32,000 nt of DNA, from NCBI RefSeq assembly GCF_000284115.1, contig NC_017080.1:3300001-3332000 (forward strand), in the 5' to 3' direction. Under the pieces are notes generated by a model. It saw only the letters and a list, made by a program, of their open reading frames with translations, did no database searches and had not been told where the DNA came from. Below are positions 17,713 to 27,498 of the stretch, piece by piece. The position numbers and the translations under genes are program-made. Source of the DNA: Phycisphaera mikurensis NBRC 102666 (GTDB lineage: Bacteria; Planctomycetota; Phycisphaerae; Phycisphaerales; Phycisphaeraceae). How positions within the stretch are numbered: position 1 is the first letter of the stretch; the number at the start of each line of letters is the position of its first letter.

Positions 17713-18288
17713 CACGCCGAAGGCCGCGGCCTTGAGCAGCAGCGCCACGCTCTTCGCGTCGCGGATCTCGTTGCGTTCGACCTTGTCCATCGTCTCCTGC
17801 CAGCTTGTCGGGAAGACCTCGATCTTCTCGGTCTCGTCGAGCGACTGCTCGGTCGCGGCGAGCCCGACCGCGACGAAGGCGTGCAGGTACTCGGTGGTGA
17901 AGCCCGGCGAAGAGAAGAAGCCGCCGAGCGGGACCAGCGTCTCGGCGGCGTAGCCGGTCTCTTCCTCCAGCTCGCGCCGCGCGCACGCCAGCGGGTCTTC
18001 CCCGGCTTCGAGCGTGCCGGCCGGGAGCTCCCAGAGCGTGTCGTTCACGCTGTGTCGCTCGTTGCGGATGAGCACCACGTCGGTGAGGGTCGGGTCGGTG
18101 GCGAGCGCGGCCAGCGGGTCGTTGCCGGGGTTGGTGACCAGCAGCGGGAGGACGACGACGGCGTCGGCGACCTCCGCGATCTCGCGCCGCTGCACGCCGC
18201 CGCCGCGGCGGGGCAGCTCGGCGATGCGCAGGTTCACGCGGGATCCGTCGTGGATCAGCTCGGTGTCGTCGTGGAGGCCCAGGGCCAT
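17701..18288 (-). CDS. NUDIX hydrolase (ADP-ribose pyrophosphatase-like)
   Basis: Nudix box-like GTLEAGEDPLACARRELEEETGYAA. Confidence 0.88.
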   Translation of the reverse strand: MALGLHDDTELIHDGSRVNLRIAELPRRGGGVQRREIAEVADAVVVLPLLVTNPGNDPLAALATDPTLTDVVLIRNERHSVNDTLWELPAGTLEAGEDPLACARRELEEETGYAAETLVPLGGFFSSPGFTTEYLHAFVAVGLAATEQSLDETEKIEVFPTSWQETMDKVERNEIRDAKSVALLLKAAAFGVKRR

Positions 18289-18425
18289 GGCGTGCTCGGG
18301 GTAGTCGGCGGGCGTTGCCCCGGGCGGACGCCGGGTCGTCGGTGAAAGCTAGGGACCGGCGGCGAGATTGGCGGTAGAACGGCGTCCCGCGATCCCCTCG
18401 TCCGCTTTTCTCTAGATTGTCAACA

Positions 18426-19112
18426 ATGGCCACGCCCACCGCACCCCCCGACCCGCACCAGGACGTGCTCGACCTGCTCGCCCGGCACCGCCTGGTGCCC
18501 GTCGTCGTGCTGCACGACGCCGCCCACGCGGTGCCGCTCGCCGACGCGCTCGAGGACGGCGGCCTGCCGGTGGCCGAGGTCACCTTCCGCAGCGACGCGG
18601 CGGAGGCCTGCATCAAGGCCATGGCCGACCGCGGCGGCATCCACGTGGGCGCCGGCACGCTGGCGACCGCCGAGCACGTCGACCGGGCCGTGGACGCGGG
18701 CGCCTCCTTCGCCGTCACGCCGGGCTTCAACGACGCCGTGGTGGAGCGTTGCCTGGAGCGCGGCCTGCCGATCTTCCCGGGCATCTGCACCCCCGGCGAC
18801 ATCGAGCGTGCCCGCGCCGCCGGCCTGTCCACCGTCAAGTTCTTCCCCGCCGAAACCTACGGCGGCGTGCCCACGCTCGAGGCGCTGCAGGGCCCTTACC
18901 CGGCGATCCGCTTCATCCCCACCGGCGGCATCACCGCGGACAACGTCGGCTCGTACCTGCGGCTGCCCAGCGTGGTCGCCTGCGGCGGCAGCTGGATGGT
19001 GAAGCCGGCGCTGTTCGCGGGGGGCGACTTCTCGGCGGTGAAGGAGGCCGCGCGGGACGCGGTCTCTGCGGCCTCCGCGGACGGGCGGGGAGCAGAGAAG
19101 GACAGAGCGTGA
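18426..19112 (+). CDS. eda: Bifunctional 4-hydroxy-2-oxoglutarate / 2-dehydro-3-deoxy-phosphogluconate aldolase
   Basis: LEDGGLPVAEVTFRSDAAEACIKAMADR...HVGAGTLATAEHVDRAVDAGASFAVTPGF...FPGICTPGDIERA...VKFFPAE...IRFIPTGGI. Confidence 0.9.
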   Translation: MATPTAPPDPHQDVLDLLARHRLVPVVVLHDAAHAVPLADALEDGGLPVAEVTFRSDAAEACIKAMADRGGIHVGAGTLATAEHVDRAVDAGASFAVTPGFNDAVVERCLERGLPIFPGICTPGDIERARAAGLSTVKFFPAETYGGVPTLEALQGPYPAIRFIPTGGITADNVGSYLRLPSVVACGGSWMVKPALFAGGDFSAVKEAARDAVSAASADGRGAEKDRA

Positions 19113-19262
19113 CGACTCCAGGCGCGAGCAGGCCGGGGGGGAGGGAGCGGCCCGGTGGCCGCCGCCGGCGGTGGGTGCTGACGAGACCCTGGCCTCCCTC
19201 CCCCTCTCCCGCGTGCCTCCCGTTCGCGTGCTTCCCGATCCTTTGACCTCATCCGGTTCCCC

Positions 19263-20363
19263 ATGCCCCAACTCTCCCTCCGCTCCGCCGACTCCTGCGA
19301 ATTCGACGCCGTCTCCCTCGGCGAGGTCATGCTCCGGCTCGACCCCGGCGAAGGGCGGATCCACACCGCCCGGTCGTTCCGCGCCAGCGAGGGCGGGGGC
19401 GAGTACAACGTCGCGCGCGGGCTGCGGCGCTGCTTCGGGCTGCGGGCCAGCGTCGTCACGGCCTTCGTCGACAACCCCGTGGGCCGGCTGCTCGAGGACC
19501 TCATCCTGCAGGGCGGCCTCGACACCTCGAACCTCCGCTGGGTAGAGGACGACGGCATCGGCCGCGACAACCGCAACGGCCTCAACTTCACCGAACGCGG
19601 CTTCGGCATCCGCGGCGCCGTGGGTTGCAGCGACCGGGCCCACACCGCCGTTTCGAATCTGAAGGCCGGCGACGTCGATTGGGACCGCCTCTTCGGCGAA
19701 CGCGGCGTCCGCTGGTTCCACACCGGCGGCATCTTCGCCGCGCTCTCCGACACGACGCCCGCGGTCGTGGAGGAGGCGCTGACCGCGGCGAAGAAACACG
19801 GCACCGCCACCAGCTACGACCTCAACTACCGCCCCTCGCTGTGGCGGGCGATCGGCGGGCAGGAGCGGGCCCAGGAGGTGAATCGCCGGCTCGCGCCGCT
19901 GGTCGACGTGATGATCGGCAACGAGGAGGACTTCACCGCCTGCCTCGGCTTCGAGGTGGAAGGGGCCGACGAGAACCTCGAGGAGCTGCCCGAGGAGGGC
20001 TTCAGGAAGATGATCCGCAAGGCCGTGGAGACCTTCCCCAACTTCCACGCCTGCGCCACCACGCTCCGCGGCGTGAAGACGGCGACCGTGAACGACTGGG
20101 GCGCGATGTGCTGGTGCGACGGGGCCTTCCACACCGCCACGCACCGGCCGGGGTTGGAGATCATGGACCGCGTGGGCGGCGGCGACTCCTTCGCCTCGGG
20201 CTTCATCTACGGGCTGATGACCACCGGCGACGCCGCCCGCGCCGTCGAGTACGGGGCCGCGCACGGCGCCCTGGCGATGACCACGCCCGGCGACACCACG
20301 ATGGCGCACCTCAAGGACGTCGAGAAGCTCGTCGCCGGCGGCGGCGCCCGCGTGGACCGCTGA
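19263..20363 (+). CDS. kdgK: PfkB-family sugar kinase, probable 2-dehydro-3-deoxygluconokinase
   Basis: SLGEVMLRLDPGEGRIHTARSFRASEGGGEYNVARGLRRCFG...SYDLNYRPSLW...MDRVGGGDSFASGFIYGL. Adjacent to the eda-like aldolase. Confidence 0.85.
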   Translation: MPQLSLRSADSCEFDAVSLGEVMLRLDPGEGRIHTARSFRASEGGGEYNVARGLRRCFGLRASVVTAFVDNPVGRLLEDLILQGGLDTSNLRWVEDDGIGRDNRNGLNFTERGFGIRGAVGCSDRAHTAVSNLKAGDVDWDRLFGERGVRWFHTGGIFAALSDTTPAVVEEALTAAKKHGTATSYDLNYRPSLWRAIGGQERAQEVNRRLAPLVDVMIGNEEDFTACLGFEVEGADENLEELPEEGFRKMIRKAVETFPNFHACATTLRGVKTATVNDWGAMCWCDGAFHTATHRPGLEIMDRVGGGDSFASGFIYGLMTTGDAARAVEYGAAHGALAMTTPGDTTMAHLKDVEKLVAGGGARVDR

Positions 20364-20412
20364 CGGCCGGGCTCAGCGCGCAGGCCGCACCGCCCGCCCC
20401 CCGCCCGCGGGC

Positions 20413-21357
20413 TCAGGGCGTCAGCGGCGGCCGCTTCTCGAGGCCGATCCGCGCCAGGGCCTCCTCCCCACCCCGGCCGTTCAGGCTCCAGTACGGCATG
20501 CGGTCGACGCCGATGAGCACGGCCTCGAAGCCGTCGCTGCGCGTCCACTTGACGACGCGGTGCGGCGGGGCTTCCTCCACCCAGAAGGCGTGCTCCACGG
20601 CCGGCGCTTCCGACCGCTCGACCTTCACCGTCGCCTCCCGCACGGCGATCCGCCCGATCGCGGTGTCCATCTGCGTCGTCTCCGCGGCCCGCTCCAGCAC
20701 GGCCGCATCGATCCTCGGCGGGACGTGCGTGAGCTGGACGACCGCCGCCGAGCGGTACAGCGAGACGGCGGCCTCCTCGCCGGCGTCCACCGCGGGGGCG
20801 GCGAGCCCGCGGGCCCACAAGAAGAGCGCGTCCTCGGCGTAGAGGGGCTCGTCGAGCCGGAAGAAGCCGGCCTTCTCCGCCTTGCCCTCGAAGTAGCTGA
20901 AGGAGCGGTGCTCCAGCTTGTCGGGGAAGAAGACGTCCTGCTGGAAGGCGTGCCCGCACCATTCCTGGGCGGTGAAGGTGAGCTTCACCGGCGCCCCCGC
21001 GGGCAGCCCCTCGACCGGCTCGGCCGCGACGAAGGCGGACGTCATCAGGTTGTAGTCGTACACGCCGGTCGGGAAGTCCTCCATCAGGTTGAGCTTCACG
21101 ACGCCGAAGGTGTCGGCACCGCCGGCCTTGACGCGGGGCTCCCAGGAGAAGGGCTCCGTGACCGTGATCGCGACGGCCGTGCCGGTGCGCTCCTCGCCGT
21201 AGCGGGGGAAGGTGAGGGCGTAGCCGGCGAGCTCGGCCTTCCCGTCGTGCCAGGTGGCGGCGAAGGCGCCGCCGAAGAGCGGGACCTCGGGCGCGGCCGA
21301 CGCCGGCAGGGCGAGCGGGGCGGCGAGCAGGACGGCGGCGAGGGCGGAGCGGATCAT
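20413..21357 (-). CDS. Hypothetical exported protein
   Basis: MIRSALAAVLLAAPLALPASA signal peptide, then EVPLFGGAFAATWHDGKAELAGYALTFPRYGEERTGTAVAITVTEPF. Start ATG complement at 21355-21357. Confidence 0.75.
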   Translation of the reverse strand: MIRSALAAVLLAAPLALPASAAPEVPLFGGAFAATWHDGKAELAGYALTFPRYGEERTGTAVAITVTEPFSWEPRVKAGGADTFGVVKLNLMEDFPTGVYDYNLMTSAFVAAEPVEGLPAGAPVKLTFTAQEWCGHAFQQDVFFPDKLEHRSFSYFEGKAEKAGFFRLDEPLYAEDALFLWARGLAAPAVDAGEEAAVSLYRSAAVVQLTHVPPRIDAAVLERAAETTQMDTAIGRIAVREATVKVERSEAPAVEHAFWVEEAPPHRVVKWTRSDGFEAVLIGVDRMPYWSLNGRGGEEALARIGLEKRPPLTP

Positions 21358-21371
21358 GGGGGATTGATACG

Positions 21372-21417
21372 CCGCGGACCGTCGCCGATCGGGCGGGCCG
21401 GGGCCGACGGTCCGCGG
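21372..21417. repeat. 46-bp palindromic element, copy 5 (upstream of topA)
   Basis: ccgcggaccgtcgccgatcgggcgggccggggccgacggtccgcgg. With flanks the arms are 16 bp perfect: acgccgcggaccgtcg (21369-21384) and cgacggtccgcggcgt (21405-21420). Confidence 0.85.
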
Positions 21418-21579
21418 CGTCGCCGCCGCCCCGGTGCGGCGCTCCCCGAACCTCCCGCCGGGCGGCGCCTCTATAAGGATGCGGCGGGCAGGGGTGGCGA
21501 ACCGATCCCCTCCCGCCGCCCCCCCACGGGCCGCAGGACGCGGCGGCGGCGGCGACACCCCTTCCCGGAGAGACACGAC

Positions 21580-24399
21580 ATGGCCAAAGCCACCCCCAGA
21601 AAGAGCTTCGCCGGCAAACCCGGGTCCTCCGGCAGGAAGTCCTCCTCCCGGAAGAAGTACGCCTTCAACGTGAAGGACGCCCAGGGCCGGCACCTGGTCA
21701 TCGTCGAGAGCCCCACCAAGGCCAAGACGATCAACAAGTACCTCGGCCGCGACTACCACGTCATGGCCTCGGTCGGCCACGTCCGCGACCTGCCCAAGTC
21801 GGCGCCCAAGGGCTCCTCCAAGGAGGACCAGGTGCTGCCCGGCGTCGACCTGGCCCGCAACTTCGAGCCGACCTACGAGATCCTCCCCGACAAGAAGGAC
21901 ACGGTCAGCAACCTCCGCAAAGCCGCGAAGGTCGCCACCGACGTCTACTTCGCGACCGACCTCGACCGCGAGGGCGAAGCCATCGCCTGGCACCTGGCCG
22001 AGGCGCTGAAAGTCCCCACCGACCAGGCCAAGCGGGTGGTCTTCAACGCGATCACCAAGAGCGCTCTGGAGGAGGCCTTCGCCCGGCCCCGCGGCATCGC
22101 CATCCCCCGGGTCGACGCCCAGCAGACCCGCCGCATCCTCGATCGGATCGTCGGCTACCAGGTCTCGCCGCTGCTCTGGCGGAAGGTCGCCGGCGGGCTG
22201 TCCGCCGGCCGCGTGCAGTCGGTGGCGACGCGGCTGGTGGTGGAGCGCGAGCGGGCGATCGAGGCCTTCGTCCCCGAGGAGTTCTGGAAGCTCACCGGCT
22301 TCTTCACGCCGAAGATGGACGAGGCGAAGAAGCTCGGCGACGCGTGGAGAGACTTCCTGAAGAAGTCCGGCGAAGATGTGACCATCAAGAACCAGAACGG
22401 CTTCCTCTCCGAGAACGGCGTGCTCCGCGCCGAGCTGGACACGGTGGGGGGCAGGAAGTGGAAGACCGACGACCGCGAGCAGGCCCTCGCCCTCGCGGAG
22501 TCGCTGGGCTTCGTGCTCGACGACGCGGTGGAGACCGAGCACCCCGACGAGAAGGGCCCGGCGCAGAAACAGGTCCGCTTCCTCGGCGGCATCGGCAACG
22601 CCCCGGACTACAAGATCCAGAGCGTGGAGACCAAGCGGACCAAGCGCCGCCCGGCGCCGCCGTTCATCACCTCGACGCTGCAGCAGCGGGCCAGCAGCTA
22701 CCTGGGCTTCAACCTCAAGCGGACGATGCGCGTCGCCCAGCAGCTCTACGAGGGCATCGATCTCAAGGGCAGCCGCGGGCAGACCGGCCTCATCACGTAC
22801 ATGCGGACCGACTCGACCTTCCTCTCCGGCGAGGCCATCGGCGCCGCCCGCGGCTACATCGAGGACAAGCTCGGCAAGAACTACCGGCCCGAGGACAAGC
22901 CGCGGTTCTACAAGTCCAGCAACCAGGACGCGCAGGAGGCCCACGAGGCGATCCGCCCCACCGACGTGACGATCACGCCGAGCAGCATCCAGAACCAGCT
23001 CTCCGAGGAGCAGTTCCGCCTGTACGACCTCATCTGGCGCCGCTTCGTCGCCTGCCAGATGGTGGACGCGCAGTTCGACTCGACCTCGATCATCATCGCG
23101 TGCGAGAAAGCGGAGGCGACGTTCCGGGCCTCCGGCAGCGTGCTCGTCTTCGACGGCTTCATGCGGATCTCGGGCGTCCCGAAGTCCGACGAGGTGCTGC
23201 TGCCCAAGGGCCTGGAGGAGAACAAGCCGATCGCGCCGATCGACCTCGACCCCAGGCAGCAGTTCACCAGCCCGCCCGCCCGCTACACCGAGGCCTCGCT
23301 GCAGAAAGAGCTGGAGAAGGAAGGCATCGGCCGGCCGTCGACCTACGCCGCGATCATCGGGACGATCCAGGACCGCAAATACGTCGAGACCGTCAACGCC
23401 CGCGACAAGCGGCTGATGGCGACCGACCTGGGGAAGGTCGTCACCGACAAGCTCATCGAGGCGTTCCCGGAGATCCTCGACGTGGGCTACACGCGCGACC
23501 TGGAAGCCCAGCTCGACGACATCGAGAACGACGGCCGCGACTGGCGGAAGACGCTCGGCGACTTCTACAAGCCCTTCAAGGTCCAGCTCGACGACGCCAT
23601 GGCGAACATGACGCACGCCAAGGCCGCCACCGAGGTGAGCGACCACCTCTGCCCGACCTGCGGCTCGCCCTGCGAGTACCGGCTCGGCAAGAACGGCCGC
23701 TTCCTCTCCTGCACCGCCTTCAACGTGCCGCCGGTGGAAGTCAGGCCCGAGAAGGACCCGGTCGCTCCCGACGGCTCGCCCTGGCTGCTGCACAAGGCCA
23801 AGGGCAAGGCCCGGCCGAAGATCACCACCGCCGACGGCGAAACCAAGCTCGGCTGGACCAAGCTCAGCAAGACGGACAAGGAGCGGTTCATGAACCTCTC
23901 CGAGCAGATGCCCGAGCCCTGCAAGTACGCCTGTCCGATCGACCGCAACGGCAACCCGCAGGCGCCCGAGCTCACCGACGTGCTCTGCCCGGTCGACGGC
24001 GAGCCGATGATCCAGCGGACCGGCCGCTTCGGGCCCTTCCTGGCCAGCAGCAACTACCCCGCGGTGCAGTACATCCTCAAGCTGCACCCCAAGACCGGCG
24101 CCGTCGTCACCCCCAAGGTCGAGCCCCTCGTCACCGAGATGGTTTGCCCCAAGTGCGAGGAGCGCCCGCTGAACCTCCGCGACGGCAAGCACGGCCTGTG
24201 GCTGGGCTGCTCGGGCTTCCCCAAGTGCCGCGGCCGCGAGGGCTTCACCAAGCTGCCCGAGGAGGAGCAGGCCGACCTCACCAAGCTCTGGGAGAAGCAC
24301 GTGAAAGAGCACCCGCTGCCGGAGGTCAAAACCGCCGACGGCCGCGTGCTCCACGACGAAGACAACTACGTGCCCCAGCCGCTCGAAGCGGCCGGCTGA
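21580..24399 (+). CDS. topA: DNA topoisomerase I (type IA) with C-terminal zinc ribbons
   Basis: HLVIVESPTKAKTINKYLG, YFATDLDREGEAIAWHL, GLITYMRTDSTFLSGEA, C-terminal CPTCGSPC and CPKCEERPLNLR...CSGFPKCRGR. Confidence 0.96.
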   Translation: MAKATPRKSFAGKPGSSGRKSSSRKKYAFNVKDAQGRHLVIVESPTKAKTINKYLGRDYHVMASVGHVRDLPKSAPKGSSKEDQVLPGVDLARNFEPTYEILPDKKDTVSNLRKAAKVATDVYFATDLDREGEAIAWHLAEALKVPTDQAKRVVFNAITKSALEEAFARPRGIAIPRVDAQQTRRILDRIVGYQVSPLLWRKVAGGLSAGRVQSVATRLVVERERAIEAFVPEEFWKLTGFFTPKMDEAKKLGDAWRDFLKKSGEDVTIKNQNGFLSENGVLRAELDTVGGRKWKTDDREQALALAESLGFVLDDAVETEHPDEKGPAQKQVRFLGGIGNAPDYKIQSVETKRTKRRPAPPFITSTLQQRASSYLGFNLKRTMRVAQQLYEGIDLKGSRGQTGLITYMRTDSTFLSGEAIGAARGYIEDKLGKNYRPEDKPRFYKSSNQDAQEAHEAIRPTDVTITPSSIQNQLSEEQFRLYDLIWRRFVACQMVDAQFDSTSIIIACEKAEATFRASGSVLVFDGFMRISGVPKSDEVLLPKGLEENKPIAPIDLDPRQQFTSPPARYTEASLQKELEKEGIGRPSTYAAIIGTIQDRKYVETVNARDKRLMATDLGKVVTDKLIEAFPEILDVGYTRDLEAQLDDIENDGRDWRKTLGDFYKPFKVQLDDAMANMTHAKAATEVSDHLCPTCGSPCEYRLGKNGRFLSCTAFNVPPVEVRPEKDPVAPDGSPWLLHKAKGKARPKITTADGETKLGWTKLSKTDKERFMNLSEQMPEPCKYACPIDRNGNPQAPELTDVLCPVDGEPMIQRTGRFGPFLASSNYPAVQYILKLHPKTGAVVTPKVEPLVTEMVCPKCEERPLNLRDGKHGLWLGCSGFPKCRGREGFTKLPEEEQADLTKLWEKHVKEHPLPEVKTADGRVLHDEDNYVPQPLEAAG

Positions 24400-24408
24400 G
24401 CGTCCCCC

Positions 24409-24454
24409 CCGCGGACCGAGGCCCTCAGGCGGCTCGGAGCCCCGCGGTCCGCGG
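24409..24454. repeat. 46-bp palindromic element, copy 6 (topA/hsdM gap)
   Basis: ccgcggaccgaggccctcaggcggctcggagccccgcggtccgcgg; 10-bp perfect arms; 9 nt after the topA stop. Confidence 0.8.
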
Positions 24455-24485
24455 CGCGGGCCCCGCGCTTCGGTAGCGTCCGCCG

Positions 24486-26147
24486 ATGCCCGCGACCGAA
24501 CACGCTTTCCTCCGCGAGCTCGACGCCAAGCTCTGGGCCGCCGCCGACAAGCTGCGGAACAACCTCGACGCCGCCCAGTACAAGCACGCCGTCCTGGGGC
24601 TGATCTTCCTGAAGTACGTCTCCGACGCCTTCGACGCCCGCCGCGAGCGGGTGCTCGCCGACCTGCGCGACCCGGACAGCGAGTCCTTCTACCCCGACGC
24701 CACCGAAGAGGACCTGCACGCCGAGCTGGAGGACAGAGACCACTACACCGCCGCGAACACCTTCTGGGTCCCCCCGCTGGCCCGCTGGCAGAACCTCCAG
24801 AGCTGGGCCAAGCTGCCGCCGCAGACGACCGTGGAGGTGAAGAATGGCAAGACGGAGAAGTACACGATCAAGAGCACCGCGCTGCTCATCGACGACGCCC
24901 TCGCCGCCGTCGAGCACGAGAACGAGCCGCTCAAGAACGTCCTCGCCCGCGACACCTACGCCCGCCTGCAGTTGGATCCCGCCAATCTGCGCGGCCTGAT
25001 CGACCTGGTCGCCGGCATCCCCTTCACCCACGACCGCCTGCAGGCCCGGGACATCCTCGGCCACGTGTACGAGTACTTCCTGGGCCAGTTCGCCTTGGCG
25101 GAGGGCAAGAAGGGCGGCCAGTACTTCACGCCGAAGAGCATCGTCGGCCTCATCGTCGAGATGCTGCAGCCGTACTGGGGCCGCGTCTACGACCCGGCGA
25201 TGGGCAGCGGCGGCTTCTTCGTCGAGATCGAGAAGCACGTGGAGCGGGCCTACGACGAACGCACCCACGGCGCTTCCGGGGGGATCAGCGTCTACGGGCA
25301 GGAGAGCAACCCCACCACCTGGCGGCTGGCCGCGATGAACATGGCCATCCGCGGCATCGACTTCAACTTCGGCAAGACGTGGGCGAACAGCTTCACGCAG
25401 GACCAGCACCCCGACCTGCGGGCCGACTTCGTGATGGCCAACCCGCCGTTCAACGTGAGCGACTGGTGGGACGCCAAGCTCGCCGACGACCCGCGCTGGA
25501 CGCACGGCACGCCGCCCAAGGGCAACGCGAACTTCGCCTGGGTGCAGCACATGCTCCACCACCTGGCCCCCACCGGCAGCATGGCCCTGCTGCTGGCCAA
25601 CGGCAGCATGTCCGGCACGTCCGGCGGCGAGGGCGACATCCGCCGCGCCCTCGTCGAGGCCGACCTGGTCGAGTGCATGGTCGCCCTGCCCGGCCAGCTG
25701 TTTACCAACACGCAGATCCCCGCGTGCATCTGGTTCCTCACGAAGGACAAGGCGGCGCGGAACGGCAAACGCGACCGCCGCGGCGAGGTGCTCTTTCTCG
25801 ACGCCCGCGGCGTCGGCTACATGAAGGACCGCGTGCTGCGCGACTTCACCCGTGAAGACATCCAGAAGCTCGCCGGCACCTTCCACGCCTGGCAAGGCTT
25901 GGGCGACGACGAGTACGCCGACATCCCCGGCTTCTGCAAGTCAGCGACGCTAGCCGAGATCGCCGCCCAGGGCTTCGTGCTGACTCCCGGCCGCTACGTC
26001 GGTGTCGCCGCGGCGGAGGACGACGGCGAGCCCTTCGCCGAGAAGATGGCCCGCCTGACGGCCGAGCTGAGCGGGCAGTTCGAGGAGTCCGCTGCGCTGG
26101 AGGCGAAGATCCGGCGGAACCTGGAGGGGGTGGGATATGAGGTCTGA
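24486..26147 (+). CDS. hsdM: Type I restriction-modification system DNA methyltransferase subunit
   Basis: KLWAAADKLRNNLDAAQYKHAVLGLIFLKYVSDAF, YDPAMGSGGFFVE, NPPFNVSDWW. Confidence 0.95.
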   Translation: MPATEHAFLRELDAKLWAAADKLRNNLDAAQYKHAVLGLIFLKYVSDAFDARRERVLADLRDPDSESFYPDATEEDLHAELEDRDHYTAANTFWVPPLARWQNLQSWAKLPPQTTVEVKNGKTEKYTIKSTALLIDDALAAVEHENEPLKNVLARDTYARLQLDPANLRGLIDLVAGIPFTHDRLQARDILGHVYEYFLGQFALAEGKKGGQYFTPKSIVGLIVEMLQPYWGRVYDPAMGSGGFFVEIEKHVERAYDERTHGASGGISVYGQESNPTTWRLAAMNMAIRGIDFNFGKTWANSFTQDQHPDLRADFVMANPPFNVSDWWDAKLADDPRWTHGTPPKGNANFAWVQHMLHHLAPTGSMALLLANGSMSGTSGGEGDIRRALVEADLVECMVALPGQLFTNTQIPACIWFLTKDKAARNGKRDRRGEVLFLDARGVGYMKDRVLRDFTREDIQKLAGTFHAWQGLGDDEYADIPGFCKSATLAEIAAQGFVLTPGRYVGVAAAEDDGEPFAEKMARLTAELSGQFEESAALEAKIRRNLEGVGYEV

Positions 26148-27498
26148 TGTGTCAGCATGGACGCCGCGGCGCCTCGCCGACTGTGCGACATGGATCTCCG
26201 GGGGTACGCCTTCAAAGAAGAATCGAGATTACTGGGACGGCGACATCCCTTGGGTATCTGCCAAAGACATGAAGTCATTCAGGCTTCACGACAGCGTGGA
26301 CCACATCACGGAGCGAGCCGTAGACGATGGAGCGAAGCTCGTTCCGCGCGACTCCATCCTGCTTCTCGTCCGCGGCATGACGTTGAACAACGACGTCCCG
26401 ATCTGCATGACGGATCGGCAGATGGCGCTCAACCAGGACCTGAAGGCGCTATTGCCTGCTGATGACGTCGACGCTCACTTCCTCGCGTACTGGCTGCTCG
26501 CGAACAAGCCCCAGCTGCTTTCTTCGGTCGAACATGCGGGACACGGCACCGGCAAGCTAGCGACGCCCGTTTTGCAATCGATGCAGATCGCTCTCCCCCC
26601 GCTCTCCGAGCAGCGGGCGATCGCGGCGGTGTTGGGGTCGCTGGATGACAAGATCGCGTTGAACCGTCGGATGAACCGGACGCTGGAATCGCTGGCCCGG
26701 GCGTGGTTCCAGAGCTGGTTCGTCGACTTCGACCCCGTCCACGCGAACGCCGCCGGCCGGCCGACCCTCCCCCCCGACCTCGCCGCCCTCTTCCCCGCCA
26801 CCTTCACCCCCTCCCCCCTCGGCGACATCCCGGAGGGCTGGGAGGTGAAGCCCGTCGGCGACATCGTCGACTGCGTCGGCGGCGGCACGCCGAGCACGAA
26901 GAACGACGACTACTGGGAGGGCGGCACGCACCACTGGGCGACGCCAAAGGACCTGTCGTCGCTCGACGCCCCGATCCTTACGACGACGAACCGGAAGCTG
27001 ACCGACGCCGGCGTCGGCAAGGTCTCGTCTGGCCTGCTGGAACGCGGCACCGTCCTCATGTCATCCCGAGCCCCCGTCGGCTACCTCGCCATCGCCGACG
27101 TGCCGGTCGCCGTCAACCAGGGCTTTATCGCCATGAAGCCGACCGATGCGATGCCGGCGTCGTTCCTGCTGAACTGGTGCCAGCACAACATGGAGACCAT
27201 CAAGAGCCAGGCCGGCGGCACGACCTTCGCCGAGATCAGCAAGAAGGCCTTCCGCCCGATCCCGATGCTCGTCCCGCCGCCCGGCGTCGCGTCCCGCTTC
27301 GCAGAAATCGTCGGCCCGATGTACGCCCGAATTACGCTGAACGTCCGCGAGAGCGAGACGCTCGCCGCCCTCCGTGACGCCCTGCTGCCTCGCTTGCTCT
27401 CCGGCGAGCTGCCCGCACCCGCGGACCGTGACGATCTTCCGCCCGTGGAGCCCACGGTCCGCGGCAACCCCGGCCGGTCGCCGGTGGCCCCCGCCTGA
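26137..27498 (+). CDS. hsdS: Type I restriction-modification system specificity subunit, two target-recognition domains
   Basis: Two TRDs (WISGGTPSKKNRDYWDGDIPWVSAKDMK and VGGGTPSTKNDDYWEGGTHHWATPKDL) and the conserved coiled spacers LPPLSEQRAIAAVLGSLDDKIALNRRMNRTLE. Overlaps hsdM. Confidence 0.94.
   Translation: MRSDVSAWTPRRLADCATWISGGTPSKKNRDYWDGDIPWVSAKDMKSFRLHDSVDHITERAVDDGAKLVPRDSILLLVRGMTLNNDVPICMTDRQMALNQDLKALLPADDVDAHFLAYWLLANKPQLLSSVEHAGHGTGKLATPVLQSMQIALPPLSEQRAIAAVLGSLDDKIALNRRMNRTLESLARAWFQSWFVDFDPVHANAAGRPTLPPDLAALFPATFTPSPLGDIPEGWEVKPVGDIVDCVGGGTPSTKNDDYWEGGTHHWATPKDLSSLDAPILTTTNRKLTDAGVGKVSSGLLERGTVLMSSRAPVGYLAIADVPVAVNQGFIAMKPTDAMPASFLLNWCQHNMETIKSQAGGTTFAEISKKAFRPIPMLVPPPGVASRFAEIVGPMYARITLNVRESETLAALRDALLPRLLSGELPAPADRDDLPPVEPTVRGNPGRSPVAPA
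27419..27464. repeat. 46-bp palindromic element, copy 7 (inside hsdS 3' coding end)
   Basis: ccgcggaccgtgacgatcttccgcccgtggagcccacggtccgcgg; 12-bp perfect arms; encodes part of the HsdS tail ADRDDLPPVEPTVRG. Confidence 0.8.

Noticed and set aside
18420-20309. 629-aa minus-strand ORF opposite eda/kdgK
   Set aside because: Antisense shadow of two well-supported genes; Gly/Arg/Ala/His-rich with no domain pattern.
20413-24354. Giant 1313-aa minus-strand ORF
   Set aside because: Only its C-terminal part from 21357 down to 20413 looks like a real protein. The rest is antisense to topA, a GC-bias artefact with low-complexity HRAD-type composition.
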